Source: a virus (Duplodnaviria; Caudoviricetes). Taken from it: a DNA stretch of 64,000 nt. The stretch lies in the IMG/VR virus record IMGVR_UViG_2061766007_000959. One strand, given 5' to 3'. Shown in pieces: positions 1 to 9,262 of the stretch (within the stretch, counting starts at the first letter, position 1; every line of letters starts with the position of its first letter). The position numbers and the translations under genes were made by a program. Under the pieces are notes generated by a model. The model made no database searches, was not told the DNA's origin, and was given only the letters and a program-made list of their open reading frames with translations.

Positions 1-1
1 A

Positions 2-163
2 GTGCCGAAAATTGAGGGTTCTGTCATTTTGGCGGAACTTATGTGTGTAAAGTGCGGCAAGCGTTGGACAACTAAGATTCCCCTGAAGGAATCGTTGAGG
101 GACATTCGGTGCGGACTGTGCGGACTGACAGGCTACATTATCAACACGGGGCAATATTTATGA
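2..163 (+). CDS. partial small Zn-ribbon protein (5' truncated)
   Basis: Frame open from the window edge: ...LMCVKCGKRW...IRCGLCGLTGYIINTGQYL*, two CxxC pairs. Its stop overlaps the next ATG (ATGA). Confidence 0.6.
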   Translation: MPKIEGSVILAELMCVKCGKRWTTKIPLKESLRDIRCGLCGLTGYIINTGQYL

Positions 164-495
164 AAGACGCTGACAAACTATTGAAAATAATCGGCACTTT
201 CGGTCTGAACAATCAGAAACGGAAGTTCGCCGAGGAATCGTTCGAGTTTATCGAGGCGGTCACGGAATACGAATGCGATATTCGTTGGGAGGATTACGAC
301 AGGCGCGAGGTCGCTTGCGACAAAGGCGCGATAACCGAGGAATTGGCTGATTGCATGGTGCTGTTGCGGCAGTTCGTTTGCTTTTTCCAAATTCCTGAAG
401 AGGAAGTCGAGAAAATGATTGAGTTCAAGATAAACAGGACATTAGAACGAATGAACAATGGAAAAGAAAAAGATAACACAAAAAGAATGGGATAA
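160..495 (+). CDS. MazG-like NTP pyrophosphohydrolase
   Basis: Q..KFAEE..E..EA ... EELAD...L motifs and C-terminal K..R..ER. ATG at 160 is coupled to the upstream stop. Confidence 0.75.
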   Translation: MKDADKLLKIIGTFGLNNQKRKFAEESFEFIEAVTEYECDIRWEDYDRREVACDKGAITEELADCMVLLRQFVCFFQIPEEEVEKMIEFKINRTLERMNNGKEKDNTKRMG

Positions 496-682
496 ATATC
501 GCGGACATTGGAAAACTATCATAAACCATGTTTTCCGAGCCGAGAACGCGCTCAGTAAAGAATGCAAGGAGAAACTGAATCAGGCGAGGGGTAAGTCGCC
601 TGACGAGGTCAAAAAGGCGTGCGACGAGTACATCGGTGCTGTCGCTGACAAAATATTGGGTTATACATTCGAGGTGGAATGA
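458..682 (+). CDS. hypothetical protein
   Basis: 74-aa ORF overlapping both neighbours. Confidence 0.6.
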   Translation: MEKKKITQKEWDKYRGHWKTIINHVFRAENALSKECKEKLNQARGKSPDEVKKACDEYIGAVADKILGYTFEVE

Positions 683-1239
683 GCGCGAGTAATTCACTAC
701 ATTATCAACTGTGTGTCGAGGGCGCGAAATGGTTGCACCGTCGCAAAAATGATTACAGGAAATGTCCCCAAAAGGAATGTTACGGAAAGGGGTTTTGCCG
801 TGAGTGCCGCAGGTACAACTATGTCGCCGTAGAACTGAACACCTACGGTGCGGAACAGACAGACGTTTGGGGGTGGGACGGGTGTTCGACTGCGGTTATC
901 GAGGTCAAGACATCGCACGCCGATTTCCTGAAAGACGCGAAAAAAGAATGCCGTTCAAAGGAATACGAGGACTTATGGTGCGGCAACGTCCGATGGTATC
1001 TATGTCCTGACGGTGTCATCCAACCCGACGAGTTGCCTGAAAATTGGGGTTTGTTGTATTGGGACGGAAAGGCAATAAGGCACGCCGTCGCGCCGACACG
1101 GGTCAATTGTGTCCACGCAGGCGACCTGTTGATTATTCACAGTATATTGCGCCGTGAGGGATTTCCGCAAAAAATATTCAATTATCGGGAATCCGATTAC
1201 GGTAAGGGAAATATTAAAAAACAAACGTTTAACACTTAA
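679..1239 (+). CDS. PD-(D/E)xK nuclease-like protein (MmcB-like)
   Basis: EQTDVWGW...VIEVKTSHADFLKD.KK and C-terminal ELP.NWGLL motifs. Confidence 0.65.
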   Translation: MSASNSLHYQLCVEGAKWLHRRKNDYRKCPQKECYGKGFCRECRRYNYVAVELNTYGAEQTDVWGWDGCSTAVIEVKTSHADFLKDAKKECRSKEYEDLWCGNVRWYLCPDGVIQPDELPENWGLLYWDGKAIRHAVAPTRVNCVHAGDLLIIHSILRREGFPQKIFNYRESDYGKGNIKKQTFNT

Positions 1240-1251
1240 AAACAAAACAAA

Positions 1252-1731
1252 ATGAAAGCACTTTATTTTTTCTCGGTTGCGGCTATAATCACTTATTTGG
1301 TCGTGACAGTTATGACATTCGGTATTCCGAAATCAATTTCCGACACTCACTACCTTTGGAAAAGCAAGGGGCGTGACTATCTGTTCACATTCGTTATGTG
1401 GGGTGTCGGTATTCCGATTCTGATTTATTGGATTTCAGTGTCGCCTGAAAACCTGCAATTCATACCGTTCCTGAGTATATCAGGTATGTGTTTCGTCGGC
1501 GCGGCGTGCGCGTTCAAAGAGACCCTAACCTCAACGGTGCATTACGCGTCGGCAGGCGTTTGGGCGTTTTTTGCCGTACTGTATTTCGTGCTTGTCCACG
1601 ATTGGGTGGCACTGACGGTCGGCGTCCTGTCATTCATTCTATTGGCGTTGTTTATCGGGCGCAAGCATTTCACCTTTTGGGCTGAGGTCGCCTGTATCCT
1701 GACTATGATTGTCGGTATATACAATTTATAA
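1252..1731 (+). CDS. multi-pass membrane protein
   Basis: About 6 hydrophobic segments; IPKSISDT.Y motif. Confidence 0.7.
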   Translation: MKALYFFSVAAIITYLVVTVMTFGIPKSISDTHYLWKSKGRDYLFTFVMWGVGIPILIYWISVSPENLQFIPFLSISGMCFVGAACAFKETLTSTVHYASAGVWAFFAVLYFVLVHDWVALTVGVLSFILLALFIGRKHFTFWAEVACILTMIVGIYNL

Positions 1732-1760
1732 ACTACCCAAAGTTTCTTTAAGCAGATAGT

Positions 1761-2165
1761 ATGAACAACAACAACAACAAAAACGAGAAACCGTTGAATA
1801 TGTCGATTCCGCTTTCGGCTATGTACAAGTCGCTTGTCAAGCAATACTCGCGCCTGTGCAGGTACGCGGACAGCCTCGAAAGCGAGGTTAAGGAACTGCG
1901 GCGCAAGAACGAGAACATACGCGTCGAAAACAAGTTCCTGAAGGAAAAGATAGCCCGTCGGAAAATCGTTGACGAGTACGGCGGCGACGTGGAACAGATG
2001 CACAAGATAATCGCCGACGGAAAGGCGAAACGCAAGAATATGCAACGGATGATGGAGAATTTCGCCAAGCGTCACAAGGGAAAGGACGTGACGGTCGAGC
2101 AACTGACAGAGTTTTTCAAATCATTAGAGACGGACGATGATACAGAGAATCAGGATAACGGATAA
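1761..2165 (+). CDS. coiled-coil hypothetical protein
   Basis: 134-aa charged helical ORF. Confidence 0.6.
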   Translation: MNNNNNKNEKPLNMSIPLSAMYKSLVKQYSRLCRYADSLESEVKELRRKNENIRVENKFLKEKIARRKIVDEYGGDVEQMHKIIADGKAKRKNMQRMMENFAKRHKGKDVTVEQLTEFFKSLETDDDTENQDNG

Positions 2166-2910
2166 CACCAACACGCCCGTCAACTACGCCTACGTGTTGC
2201 CTGCGTTCGCCAACGGAAAGGAATACACGTTCACCGACCGTGTGAACATAATCGTCGGCGAGAACGGGTGCGGAAAGACGACGCTGTTGAAAATGCTACG
2301 GGCGTATCTGATGGTCTATCAGGACGAGTGCGGCAAGGGAATATACAATTCCGTCCTGCACACCGTTTATAATTGGACGTGTGACGAAATGAACGACGGT
2401 GCTGACGTTTACGCCGACTACCGCCTGAACACCTTTTCGATGTTCGCCGCCGAGGACAGACACCCTGACGTGGCTATGGAATCGTTCGAGCGTTTCGGTC
2501 AGGCTTACGAACTGAGCATAAGTTCAAAGGGTCAGAAGACGACATACGCGCTGTGTTCGCTGTTCGACAAGATTTTCAACAAGGGCGCGAACCTGACGTT
2601 CAACTACGAGGAGGTGTTCAAGGACTGCCCCTTGTATATCGACTACGTGAACAAGCACCGCGTGTTAGATTCCGAGAACACTTGGACTATTCTTATGGAC
2701 GAGCCTGACAACAGCGTTGATATTGAGCGCGTGTCCGAACTGTACAAGATATTCTCCGTACCAAAGGACAACACTCAGGTTATCGCCGTCATACACAACC
2801 CGTTCCTGATTGCCAAACTGTCAAAGGTCAAATCGGTCAATATGATTGAAATGTCAGACGGGTACGTCGAGAAAATCAATAACTTTGTGAGAAAATTCAA
2901 CAAGCTATGA
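2137..2910 (+). CDS. ABC/AAA-family ATPase
   Basis: Walker A GENGCGKTT, signature-like SKGQ, Walker B LMDEPD, H-loop VIHNP. Confidence 0.85.
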   Translation: MIQRIRITDNTNTPVNYAYVLPAFANGKEYTFTDRVNIIVGENGCGKTTLLKMLRAYLMVYQDECGKGIYNSVLHTVYNWTCDEMNDGADVYADYRLNTFSMFAAEDRHPDVAMESFERFGQAYELSISSKGQKTTYALCSLFDKIFNKGANLTFNYEEVFKDCPLYIDYVNKHRVLDSENTWTILMDEPDNSVDIERVSELYKIFSVPKDNTQVIAVIHNPFLIAKLSKVKSVNMIEMSDGYVEKINNFVRKFNKL

Positions 2911-3275
2911 CAACAGAGGATTTCGTGCCGTTCGAGACGGCTGTGCTTATGAGAGAGAAGGGTTTTGACACACCCTGTGACGAGGTTTACGATTCGGACG
3001 GAAACCTGTTCAACATTATGAACAAGCCGCTTGACGACTACGAATACTGTGCGCCAACGTTGGCTGTCGCCCTGAAATGGTTGCGAGAGACGCACGGTCT
3101 GTACGCGGACGTGTTCGTGATAGACTACGCCCCCGAGCCATGGGTGGCGAACATACACAGGTACAACGACGAAATCGAGTTGGTGTCCGTTTACAGGCAC
3201 AACGGCGAGTTTTTCAGGACATACGAGGACGCCGCCAATTTCATAATAAAAGTTTGTTTGGAAAAATTCTTATAA
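2907..3275 (+). CDS. paralogous family protein (…A..L.EKGF…APT…WLR…), copy 1
   Basis: EDFVPFETA.LMREKGF, APTLAVALKWLRE; motifs shared with the ORFs at 3404, 4799 and 12916. Confidence 0.75.
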   Translation: MTTEDFVPFETAVLMREKGFDTPCDEVYDSDGNLFNIMNKPLDDYEYCAPTLAVALKWLRETHGLYADVFVIDYAPEPWVANIHRYNDEIELVSVYRHNGEFFRTYEDAANFIIKVCLEKFL

Positions 3276-3360
3276 TCTCACATTGTTATTTCGATTTTTC
3301 TGTATTTTAGCGAGGTAAACACGTTTTAAAGTTCCGAGAAACGCCGTCCGCTGTTTCTCG

Positions 3361-3403
3361 CCCCGTTCACCCGAACGGGGTTTCTTTCAGGCGGACTTTT
3401 TTT
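3361..3403 (+). terminator. hairpin(s) with U-tract
   Basis: CCCCGTTC...GAACGGGG followed by TTTCTTT, nested inside GTCCGC...GCGGAC followed by a T run. Confidence 0.5.
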
Positions 3404-3784
3404 ATGGAAACAGAACTCAACGACATAAATGTTTACGTCTCGTTCGAGACGGCAAAGAAACTCAAAGAAAAGGGTTTCGACCGTATGCTGTACAGTCATT
3501 ACACAAACGGGGGTCTCCTGATTGTGTCCGACTACAAGGCGTTATGGCTGACACCTGCCCCGACGCTCGGTCAGGCTGTCGAGTGGTTGCGTCAGAGGAA
3601 CGTATGTGTGTCGCTGACTGTCGGTTCTGCCGACGACGGTGACGACGACCGTCAGACTTGGAAAGTCAGGTTCTACGACAGAAACCTGAATATACTCGCG
3701 TCCATGAACGGACTGAATATAACAGACTATAACAAAAGTATCGAGTTGGCTGTGAATTACGCGGCTCGGTTCATATTACCTTAA
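3404..3784 (+). CDS. paralogous family protein, copy 2
   Basis: VSFETAKKLKEKGF...APTLGQAVEWLR. Confidence 0.75.
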   Translation: METELNDINVYVSFETAKKLKEKGFDRMLYSHYTNGGLLIVSDYKALWLTPAPTLGQAVEWLRQRNVCVSLTVGSADDGDDDRQTWKVRFYDRNLNILASMNGLNITDYNKSIELAVNYAARFILP

Positions 3785-3797
3785 AAAAACAGCGCGT

Positions 3798-4037
3798 ATG
3801 TATCCGCAGATAGCTTACATAAGACTGACTGAATGGCAACAGCGAGCGATAAACGCGATAGCGTTCAACAACAACTATATGATTATCGCTCAGGATGTCA
3901 ACGGAAAGGCGTTTTTGGACTTGAACATAAGCGACGAACTACTGCAAGACGGTCTGAAGTCCATGTGTCAGGAGAACCCTCAGTTGTTGGATATGCTCAC
4001 CGACTTGGTGATAGACTTGCACACTGAGAAAAAATGA
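3798..4037 (+). CDS. hypothetical protein
   Basis: 79-aa ORF. Confidence 0.6.
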   Translation: MYPQIAYIRLTEWQQRAINAIAFNNNYMIIAQDVNGKAFLDLNISDELLQDGLKSMCQENPQLLDMLTDLVIDLHTEKK

Positions 4038-4096
4038 CTATATTCGCGTCCGAAAGGATGTTATTGTTAAACAAGGTTTGGGTAAATGCGTTTGAG

Positions 4097-4134
4097 AGCG
4101 GAATCGTGAAAAATTCCGCTTTTTTTATATATTT
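4097..4134 (+). terminator. intrinsic terminator abutting a TATATTTG promoter
   Basis: AGCGGAAT...ATTCCGCT plus T run, then TATATTTG. Confidence 0.55.
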
Positions 4135-4161
4135 GTCTGTAAACTTTAAAATTGCAAGAGG

Positions 4162-4356
4162 ATGGAAAGATTTAAGAACTATTGGATTGCCTTTTCAGGA
4201 ATGCTATTCGGTTTCCTGTTCGTTATGTGCGCCGTCGGCTCGACCGCTTGGCTTGTGACGGACGGACACTATGTTTTCGCTGTGGCGACCCTCGCGACGT
4301 CCTGTTTCGCCGCCAAACCTGTCAAAGAGTATTTTATCAAAACCGTCGTAATGTGA
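4162..4356 (+). CDS. small membrane protein
   Basis: Two hydrophobic helices. Confidence 0.6.
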   Translation: MERFKNYWIAFSGMLFGFLFVMCAVGSTAWLVTDGHYVFAVATLATSCFAAKPVKEYFIKTVVM

Positions 4357-4473
4357 AAACGTTGGTTGTTATCGCCGCTGTCCTGACGGTTCTTGTCAGG
4401 CGTCCGCTCAGGTGGCTTAAAGACGGATTCTACAAGTACAACTATTAGAGTTGTACTTTTTTTTGATTTTTTT

Positions 4474-4553
4474 TATAACAAGGTATTGTTATATTAAAAA
4501 GTTTTGTATATTTGCGATACCGTTTCAATAGTGGGGCGGAGAACTTTAAAACA
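4474..4553 (+). promoter_or_regulatory. conserved early-promoter module, copy 1 (palindrome + -7 box + leader hairpin + ACTTTAA)
   Basis: TATAACAA-N4-TTGTTATA; TATATTTG at 4507; hairpin CCGTTTCA-ATAG-TGGGGCGG; GAACTTTAAAACA. Confidence 0.8.
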
Positions 4554-4562
4554 ACAACAGCA

Positions 4563-4802
4563 ATGGATGATTCAAGATTGGTTTATCGAAGGATAACACG
4601 ACGGGAGGCTAAAATAATGTGTCTTGATGCGTTGTCCGCACAAGCGGATTCAATAATAGACGCTGGTTTTACCGACGAAAACGGCAAGCCTATCAATCTC
4701 GACAATAGAAGTATAATGTATTTAAACGAGGAGATTGATAAATTATGTTATGAATTAGAAAAACGGGCAAAAAAACTTAAACTAAAACAACAACAACTAT
4801 GA
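4563..4802 (+). CDS. hypothetical protein
   Basis: First ATG after the promoter module. Confidence 0.6.
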   Translation: MDDSRLVYRRITRREAKIMCLDALSAQADSIIDAGFTDENGKPINLDNRSIMYLNEEIDKLCYELEKRAKKLKLKQQQL

Positions 4803-5332
4803 CTTTAAGAGACGATTTTGTGTCGGTACGCATCGCCGACCTACTGAAAGAGAACGGTTTTGACGAATGGTGTGACACTTATTATATCAACGGTCATTTC
4901 AACTACGGCACGCCTATCAGGAACTCGCACCTGACGAACGGTGTCATTTCCGCGCCGACAATGTCGTTCGCCCTGAAATGGCTACGCGAGAAATACAGTG
5001 TGTTCGTTTCCGTGATACGTGTGGACGGCGCGTACAACGTTGACGTCTGTGACGAGAACGGAAAGAGTTACTGCGACGGCGAGAATCCGCCCGTGCGTTT
5101 CGAGACGTACTACGACGCTGTCGAATCGACGCTGTTCGACATTCTCGCCGACCTGCACATTTGGGTCAGGGACGGTTACGCAAAGAAATCAGAGAGCGAT
5201 AGCCTTATGTGCGCGTCCGACGAGTTTTTCGCCAAGCACATCGAAGAGTGCTACGACAACAGTCCGATAGCGTACCTCGCGGCTATGGAAATGGCTGTGC
5301 ATTTGAGAAAGGAAATACCTGACTTGGATTGA
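4799..5332 (+). CDS. paralogous family protein, copy 3 (C-terminally extended)
   Basis: DDFVSVRIADLLKENGF...APTMSFALKWLRE. Confidence 0.75.
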   Translation: MTLRDDFVSVRIADLLKENGFDEWCDTYYINGHFNYGTPIRNSHLTNGVISAPTMSFALKWLREKYSVFVSVIRVDGAYNVDVCDENGKSYCDGENPPVRFETYYDAVESTLFDILADLHIWVRDGYAKKSESDSLMCASDEFFAKHIEECYDNSPIAYLAAMEMAVHLRKEIPDLD

Positions 5333-5458
5333 ACAGGAAAGCGAATAAATGCTTATGTTTGCGATTAAAATGACAGAAAGGGAACAGGGGTTGCCGTAAA
5401 CAGCCCCGATTCCCCCCTGTTATGAAAAAGATTTCACTAACAACAAAAGTACAAAACA

Positions 5459-5833
5459 ATGACAACAAAGAAAAAAACTGACGGCAGAATCAAAAGCACC
5501 GTCAAAAAAGCGAAAGAGAACTTAGAGGGAACTAACCCGACGATAACGGCAGGCTTTTGCCAACCCGAGTACGTAAACTCCGAGAAGACAACAGACAGGA
5601 TGACGATAACCGACACGGACACCCCCGAGCCTCAGACATACAAGTTTTTTTGGGGCGACAGGGACGACGACAAACTCGACCTTGCAAAGGACATTCTGAT
5701 TCGTCTGATTGATTTCAACCTCGAACAACTGTCGCGCAAAGATGTTGATAAAGTGTTGATATATGACAACCCTGCGGAATACGCCGCCGAGGTTGTGAAC
5801 GAACTGTACGAGAAAGTGGATGATGGTAAGTAA
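5459..5833 (+). CDS. hypothetical protein
   Basis: 124-aa ORF downstream of a TATGTTTG promoter-like box. Confidence 0.6.
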   Translation: MTTKKKTDGRIKSTVKKAKENLEGTNPTITAGFCQPEYVNSEKTTDRMTITDTDTPEPQTYKFFWGDRDDDKLDLAKDILIRLIDFNLEQLSRKDVDKVLIYDNPAEYAAEVVNELYEKVDDGK

Positions 5834-6320
5834 TTATTGGGTCATACCTGCGATAAACCGCGACTATCAGGCGACGGTGATTGACGACGTGATAGCGCAC
5901 ATAGAAACGATAACGAAGACGCCTCTGACAACAAAGGGTCGTTATCGCACCTTGTGTGAGGGTCGCCAACTCGCCGCGTACATTATGCGCGTCAAGTTCG
6001 GTATGTCGTTACAGTCAATAGGCGACCGTTTGGGAATAGACCATTCGACTGTCGTGTACGCGATAAAGACGATTTCGGCGTTCATAAAGATGGACAAAAT
6101 GTTCGTCAGCCGTTGGAAAGACATTATAGAATACGCGGAAATCGAGAGCATAAAGGTCGAGACGGAGGAATCCAACAGCAAAGACCTTCCGACCGTGTGC
6201 GGCGAATGCTCGGCGTATCAGATACGTTCGAGAATGTGCGCCCTGAGGTTTATCAACGTGTATGACAGGAAACCGATAGTCAAGGACTGTATGGGTCTGC
6301 CTATCAGGAAAAGGACTTGA
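5820..6320 (+). CDS. DnaA C-terminal (domain IV)-like HTH protein with Cys-rich tail
   Basis: RQLAAYI.R....MSLQSIG..LGIDHSTVVYA matches the Bac_DnaA_C pattern; C-terminal CGEC...C...C. Confidence 0.75.
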   Translation: MMVSNYWVIPAINRDYQATVIDDVIAHIETITKTPLTTKGRYRTLCEGRQLAAYIMRVKFGMSLQSIGDRLGIDHSTVVYAIKTISAFIKMDKMFVSRWKDIIEYAEIESIKVETEESNSKDLPTVCGECSAYQIRSRMCALRFINVYDRKPIVKDCMGLPIRKRT

Positions 6321-6323
6321 AAT

Positions 6324-6584
6324 ATGTTGCTTTTAAAGACGCTCATAAAACAACAGATGAAGACGCTGAAAATGTCTTACGCCGACATAGCGATAAAGAC
6401 GGGTATTCAGTGTTCCGTCGTCAGGGACTTGGTTGAGAATATGCAGAACCACAGCGGCGTTATGAATCTTGAAAAGATTATGACGGTTCTCGACCTGTTC
6501 AGGTTCGACAACGGGGCTGTTGACAAGGCTGTCAGGAAGGAACTTAAAAAAAAGGAAATGACAAAAGACGACTATATCTATTGA
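6324..6584 (+). CDS. XRE-like HTH protein
   Basis: MSYADIAIKTGI..SVV...NLEKIM.VL pattern. Confidence 0.55.
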   Translation: MLLLKTLIKQQMKTLKMSYADIAIKTGIQCSVVRDLVENMQNHSGVMNLEKIMTVLDLFRFDNGAVDKAVRKELKKKEMTKDDYIY

Positions 6585-6588
6585 GAAT

Positions 6589-6744
6589 ATGAAAAAGACA
6601 CTTACAATCAAGGATTCCGACTTTAAGAAAGTCAAGGAACTCACAGACAGCGGTTGGACTGTCGAAAGCACAGTCCGCGTATCCGATTCAAAGACGCAGT
6701 ACACACTGACTAAACCTGACGTTGACAAGAAAATCAAAGGATAA
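6589..6744 (+). CDS. 51-aa protein with three x-D-S motifs (absent from ORF track)
   Basis: MKKTLTIKDSDFKKVKELTDSGWTVESTVRVSDSKTQYTLTKPDVDKKIKG*; fills the gap between adjacent genes. Confidence 0.6.
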   Translation: MKKTLTIKDSDFKKVKELTDSGWTVESTVRVSDSKTQYTLTKPDVDKKIKG

Positions 6745-6748
6745 AGTT

Positions 6749-7048
6749 ATGGGAAAGAAAAAAGTCAGAGAGCCGATATACTCGATACGGGTTTACTGTA
6801 AGAAGTGCGGCAAGTTGGTAATGGAGAGCGTGCGCCTGACGCACAAGCAACTGTTGGTGAATTGGGACGACGCGGTGTTCAAGGCGTGCGGAATATACTG
6901 TACGGACTGCAAGACCAAGCCGCCCGTCATAAACGACCTGAGAATTATGAACTACGCGCTCAACAAAGAGTTAGAGCCTCACTATGTGTTGCCGAAACCT
7001 GATTACAACATGGTCGAGGACGCCAAACATAAACTCGGAATAGCGTAA
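6749..7048 (+). CDS. Zn-ribbon protein
   Basis: CKKC and CTDC pairs. Confidence 0.6.
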   Translation: MGKKKVREPIYSIRVYCKKCGKLVMESVRLTHKQLLVNWDDAVFKACGIYCTDCKTKPPVINDLRIMNYALNKELEPHYVLPKPDYNMVEDAKHKLGIA

Positions 7049-7052
7049 GGTT

Positions 7053-7943
7053 ATGTTCTTTGAGAGCGCGATTTTCTACATGGGCAACAAGTACAAGTTG
7101 CTCAAATATATCATTCCCCTGTTCCCGACGGAATGCGCGACGTTCTACGACCTGTTCGGGGGTAGCGGCGTCGTGTCCATGAACTACAAGGCGGACAGAA
7201 AGGTTTACAACGAGTTCAACGGGAACATCGTCGCGTTACAGGAAATGATAAAACGCGAGGACATAGAACAGTTGGACAAAATGTACAGGAAAATCGTCGG
7301 CGAGTACGGTCTGAGGCAGAAGTCGAGCGGCGACCCGAAAAGGAACGAACAGGGTTTCCTGAGGCTCAGGGACGAGTACAACAAGTCACAGGACAGGGAC
7401 GTCCGTATTCTGTTCCTGTTGTGCTGTTATTCCATGAACAACATAATCAGGTTCAATTCCGACAACGAGTTCAACAGCAGTAACGGGAATCAGAGTTACA
7501 ACAAAATCATTAAAAACCGCCTGTTGGCTCACCACAGGCTGTTTCAGGACGTTGAAATTTGGAACAGGGACGTGTTCGACATAGATTTCTCACAGATAAC
7601 GGAAGGCGATTTTGTTTACCTCGACCCACCGTACCTGAACACGACAGCCGTTTATAACGAGAAACGTGCGTTCGGCAATTGGGACAGGGAATGTGACCTG
7701 AGGCTGTTCGGGCTGATAGACGGTCTGAACGAGCGGAACGTCAGGTTCGGTATGTCAAACGTGTTCGCGTGTCGGGGAAAGGAGAACACGCACCTGATTG
7801 AATGGTGCGCCGACAGAGGGTATCAGGTTCACCACCTCGACAGGGTCAAATACTATCCGTTCTCACGGGGTTCGTCGGGGAACGACGAGGTTTACATAAC
7901 AAACATAAAAACCAAAGTCGCTGAACAACTAACACTTTTTTAA
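7053..7943 (+). CDS. Dam/D12-class N6-adenine DNA methyltransferase
   Basis: YMGNKYKL, DLFGGSG (motif I), YLDPPY (motif IV); ends in QLTLF. Confidence 0.9.
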   Translation: MFFESAIFYMGNKYKLLKYIIPLFPTECATFYDLFGGSGVVSMNYKADRKVYNEFNGNIVALQEMIKREDIEQLDKMYRKIVGEYGLRQKSSGDPKRNEQGFLRLRDEYNKSQDRDVRILFLLCCYSMNNIIRFNSDNEFNSSNGNQSYNKIIKNRLLAHHRLFQDVEIWNRDVFDIDFSQITEGDFVYLDPPYLNTTAVYNEKRAFGNWDRECDLRLFGLIDGLNERNVRFGMSNVFACRGKENTHLIEWCADRGYQVHHLDRVKYYPFSRGSSGNDEVYITNIKTKVAEQLTLF

Positions 7944-7944
7944 T

Positions 7945-8622
7945 ATGCCAATATCAGAAGTTTACAACACAGATTGTATTGAGTATATGAGGGGTTTGCC
8001 TGACAAGGTGTTCGACCTTGCCGTGGCAGACCCCCCTTGACCATACGGAATCAAGCGAGACGGTCAGGAAAGGTCAATATGCAGGAATCCGAAACACAAC
8101 CGAAAGTATTTCGAGGCTAAGGGTTGGGACACGAAAACGCCCGACAAGGTCTTTTTCGACGAACTGTTCCGCGTCAGCAGGAATCAGATAATTTGGGGCG
8201 CGAACTATTTTCCCGAACACCTGACGCACTCTATGGGTTGGATTTTTTGGGACAAAGGTCAGCACGGTCTGTCCATGTCCGACGGGGAACTTGCGTACAC
8301 CTCGTTTCAACGGGCGTTGCGCGTCGTCACTATGAACAGAAGTGAACTCGCGAAAGAGGGTACTATCCATCCTTGCCAAAAGCCGATTCTATTGTACAGT
8401 TGGGTGTTGGACAACTACGCCAAGACAGGCGACAAGATATTCGACCCCATGATGGGGGCGCAGGGCAGTCGCATAGCCGCGTACAAGAAAGGTTTTGACT
8501 ATTACGGGTGTGAACTTGACAAGGAATATTACGACAAGGGTTGCGAGCGTTTCGAGCAGGAATGCCTCGGAATATACAGGCGTCCCGACGGTTCTGTCGT
8601 GCAACAGGCAAGTTTGTTTTGA
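7945..8622 (+). CDS. beta-class N6A/N4C DNA methyltransferase interrupted by an in-frame TGA inside DPPY (recoded or pseudogene)
   Basis: DCIEYMRGLPDKVFDLAVADPP*PYG...HPCQKP...FDPMMG in one frame; single TGA at 8038-8040; ends in QASLF. Confidence 0.8.
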
Positions 8623-8656
8623 CAGTTTGTAAAAATACTGTATATTTGCTGTCACT

Positions 8657-9244
8657 ATGAGTAATGATAAAGTTACAGCATCGGAACAGTTTAAGAGCCG
8701 TATTTGGCTCGAATACCCCGTACCGAGGGAGTTTTCGGTTTGGGGCGGTGACTTGGTACACACCCTGCCGTTAGAAGACCTTGACGCGCTGATTGAAATG
8801 TGTGTCGAGGACGTTGCGACAGACATTGTGATTCGTGAACACAAGCAGGCGACGGGTCTCGCGACGCCGATGCCTGCGGACACGGTGACAGTCCTGTACG
8901 CTAACCTCGACTTTCCGTATCAGGGCAACAGGCAGGTCAAGGCGTCATACGACCATTCGCTCAAACAGGCGTTTCTCAGGTCGTTCCCTGCCGTTATCGT
9001 CTATCAGAGGAAAATGCACGTCGAGGACATAGACAGGTTGCAGGGCGACAGGCTGATTTATTTCAGGTACTATGTAATGAACAAGATGGCGACGTTGGAA
9101 CTGTCATACCTCAAAACTATGAGTATGAACGTTGACAACGGCAATATCGACTTGGAGACGCTAAAAGAGTTCGCCAACAAGACCGAGGTGAAAGTCAAGG
9201 ACTTGCGCGAGAGCATACTTATTTACGCGGTAAGCAACGGATAA
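8657..9244 (+). CDS. putative head-tail adaptor/neck protein
   Basis: Size and helical C-terminus resemble adaptor proteins; has its own TATATTTG promoter at 8641. Function is inferred. Confidence 0.35.
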   Translation: MSNDKVTASEQFKSRIWLEYPVPREFSVWGGDLVHTLPLEDLDALIEMCVEDVATDIVIREHKQATGLATPMPADTVTVLYANLDFPYQGNRQVKASYDHSLKQAFLRSFPAVIVYQRKMHVEDIDRLQGDRLIYFRYYVMNKMATLELSYLKTMSMNVDNGNIDLETLKEFANKTEVKVKDLRESILIYAVSNG

Positions 9245-9262
9245 ACTTAAAACTATAAGACT

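Noticed and set aside
8031-8036. Poly-C phase variation as the MTase switch
   Set aside because: Gaining or losing one C shifts the whole downstream domain out of frame, so no tract length yields DPPY.
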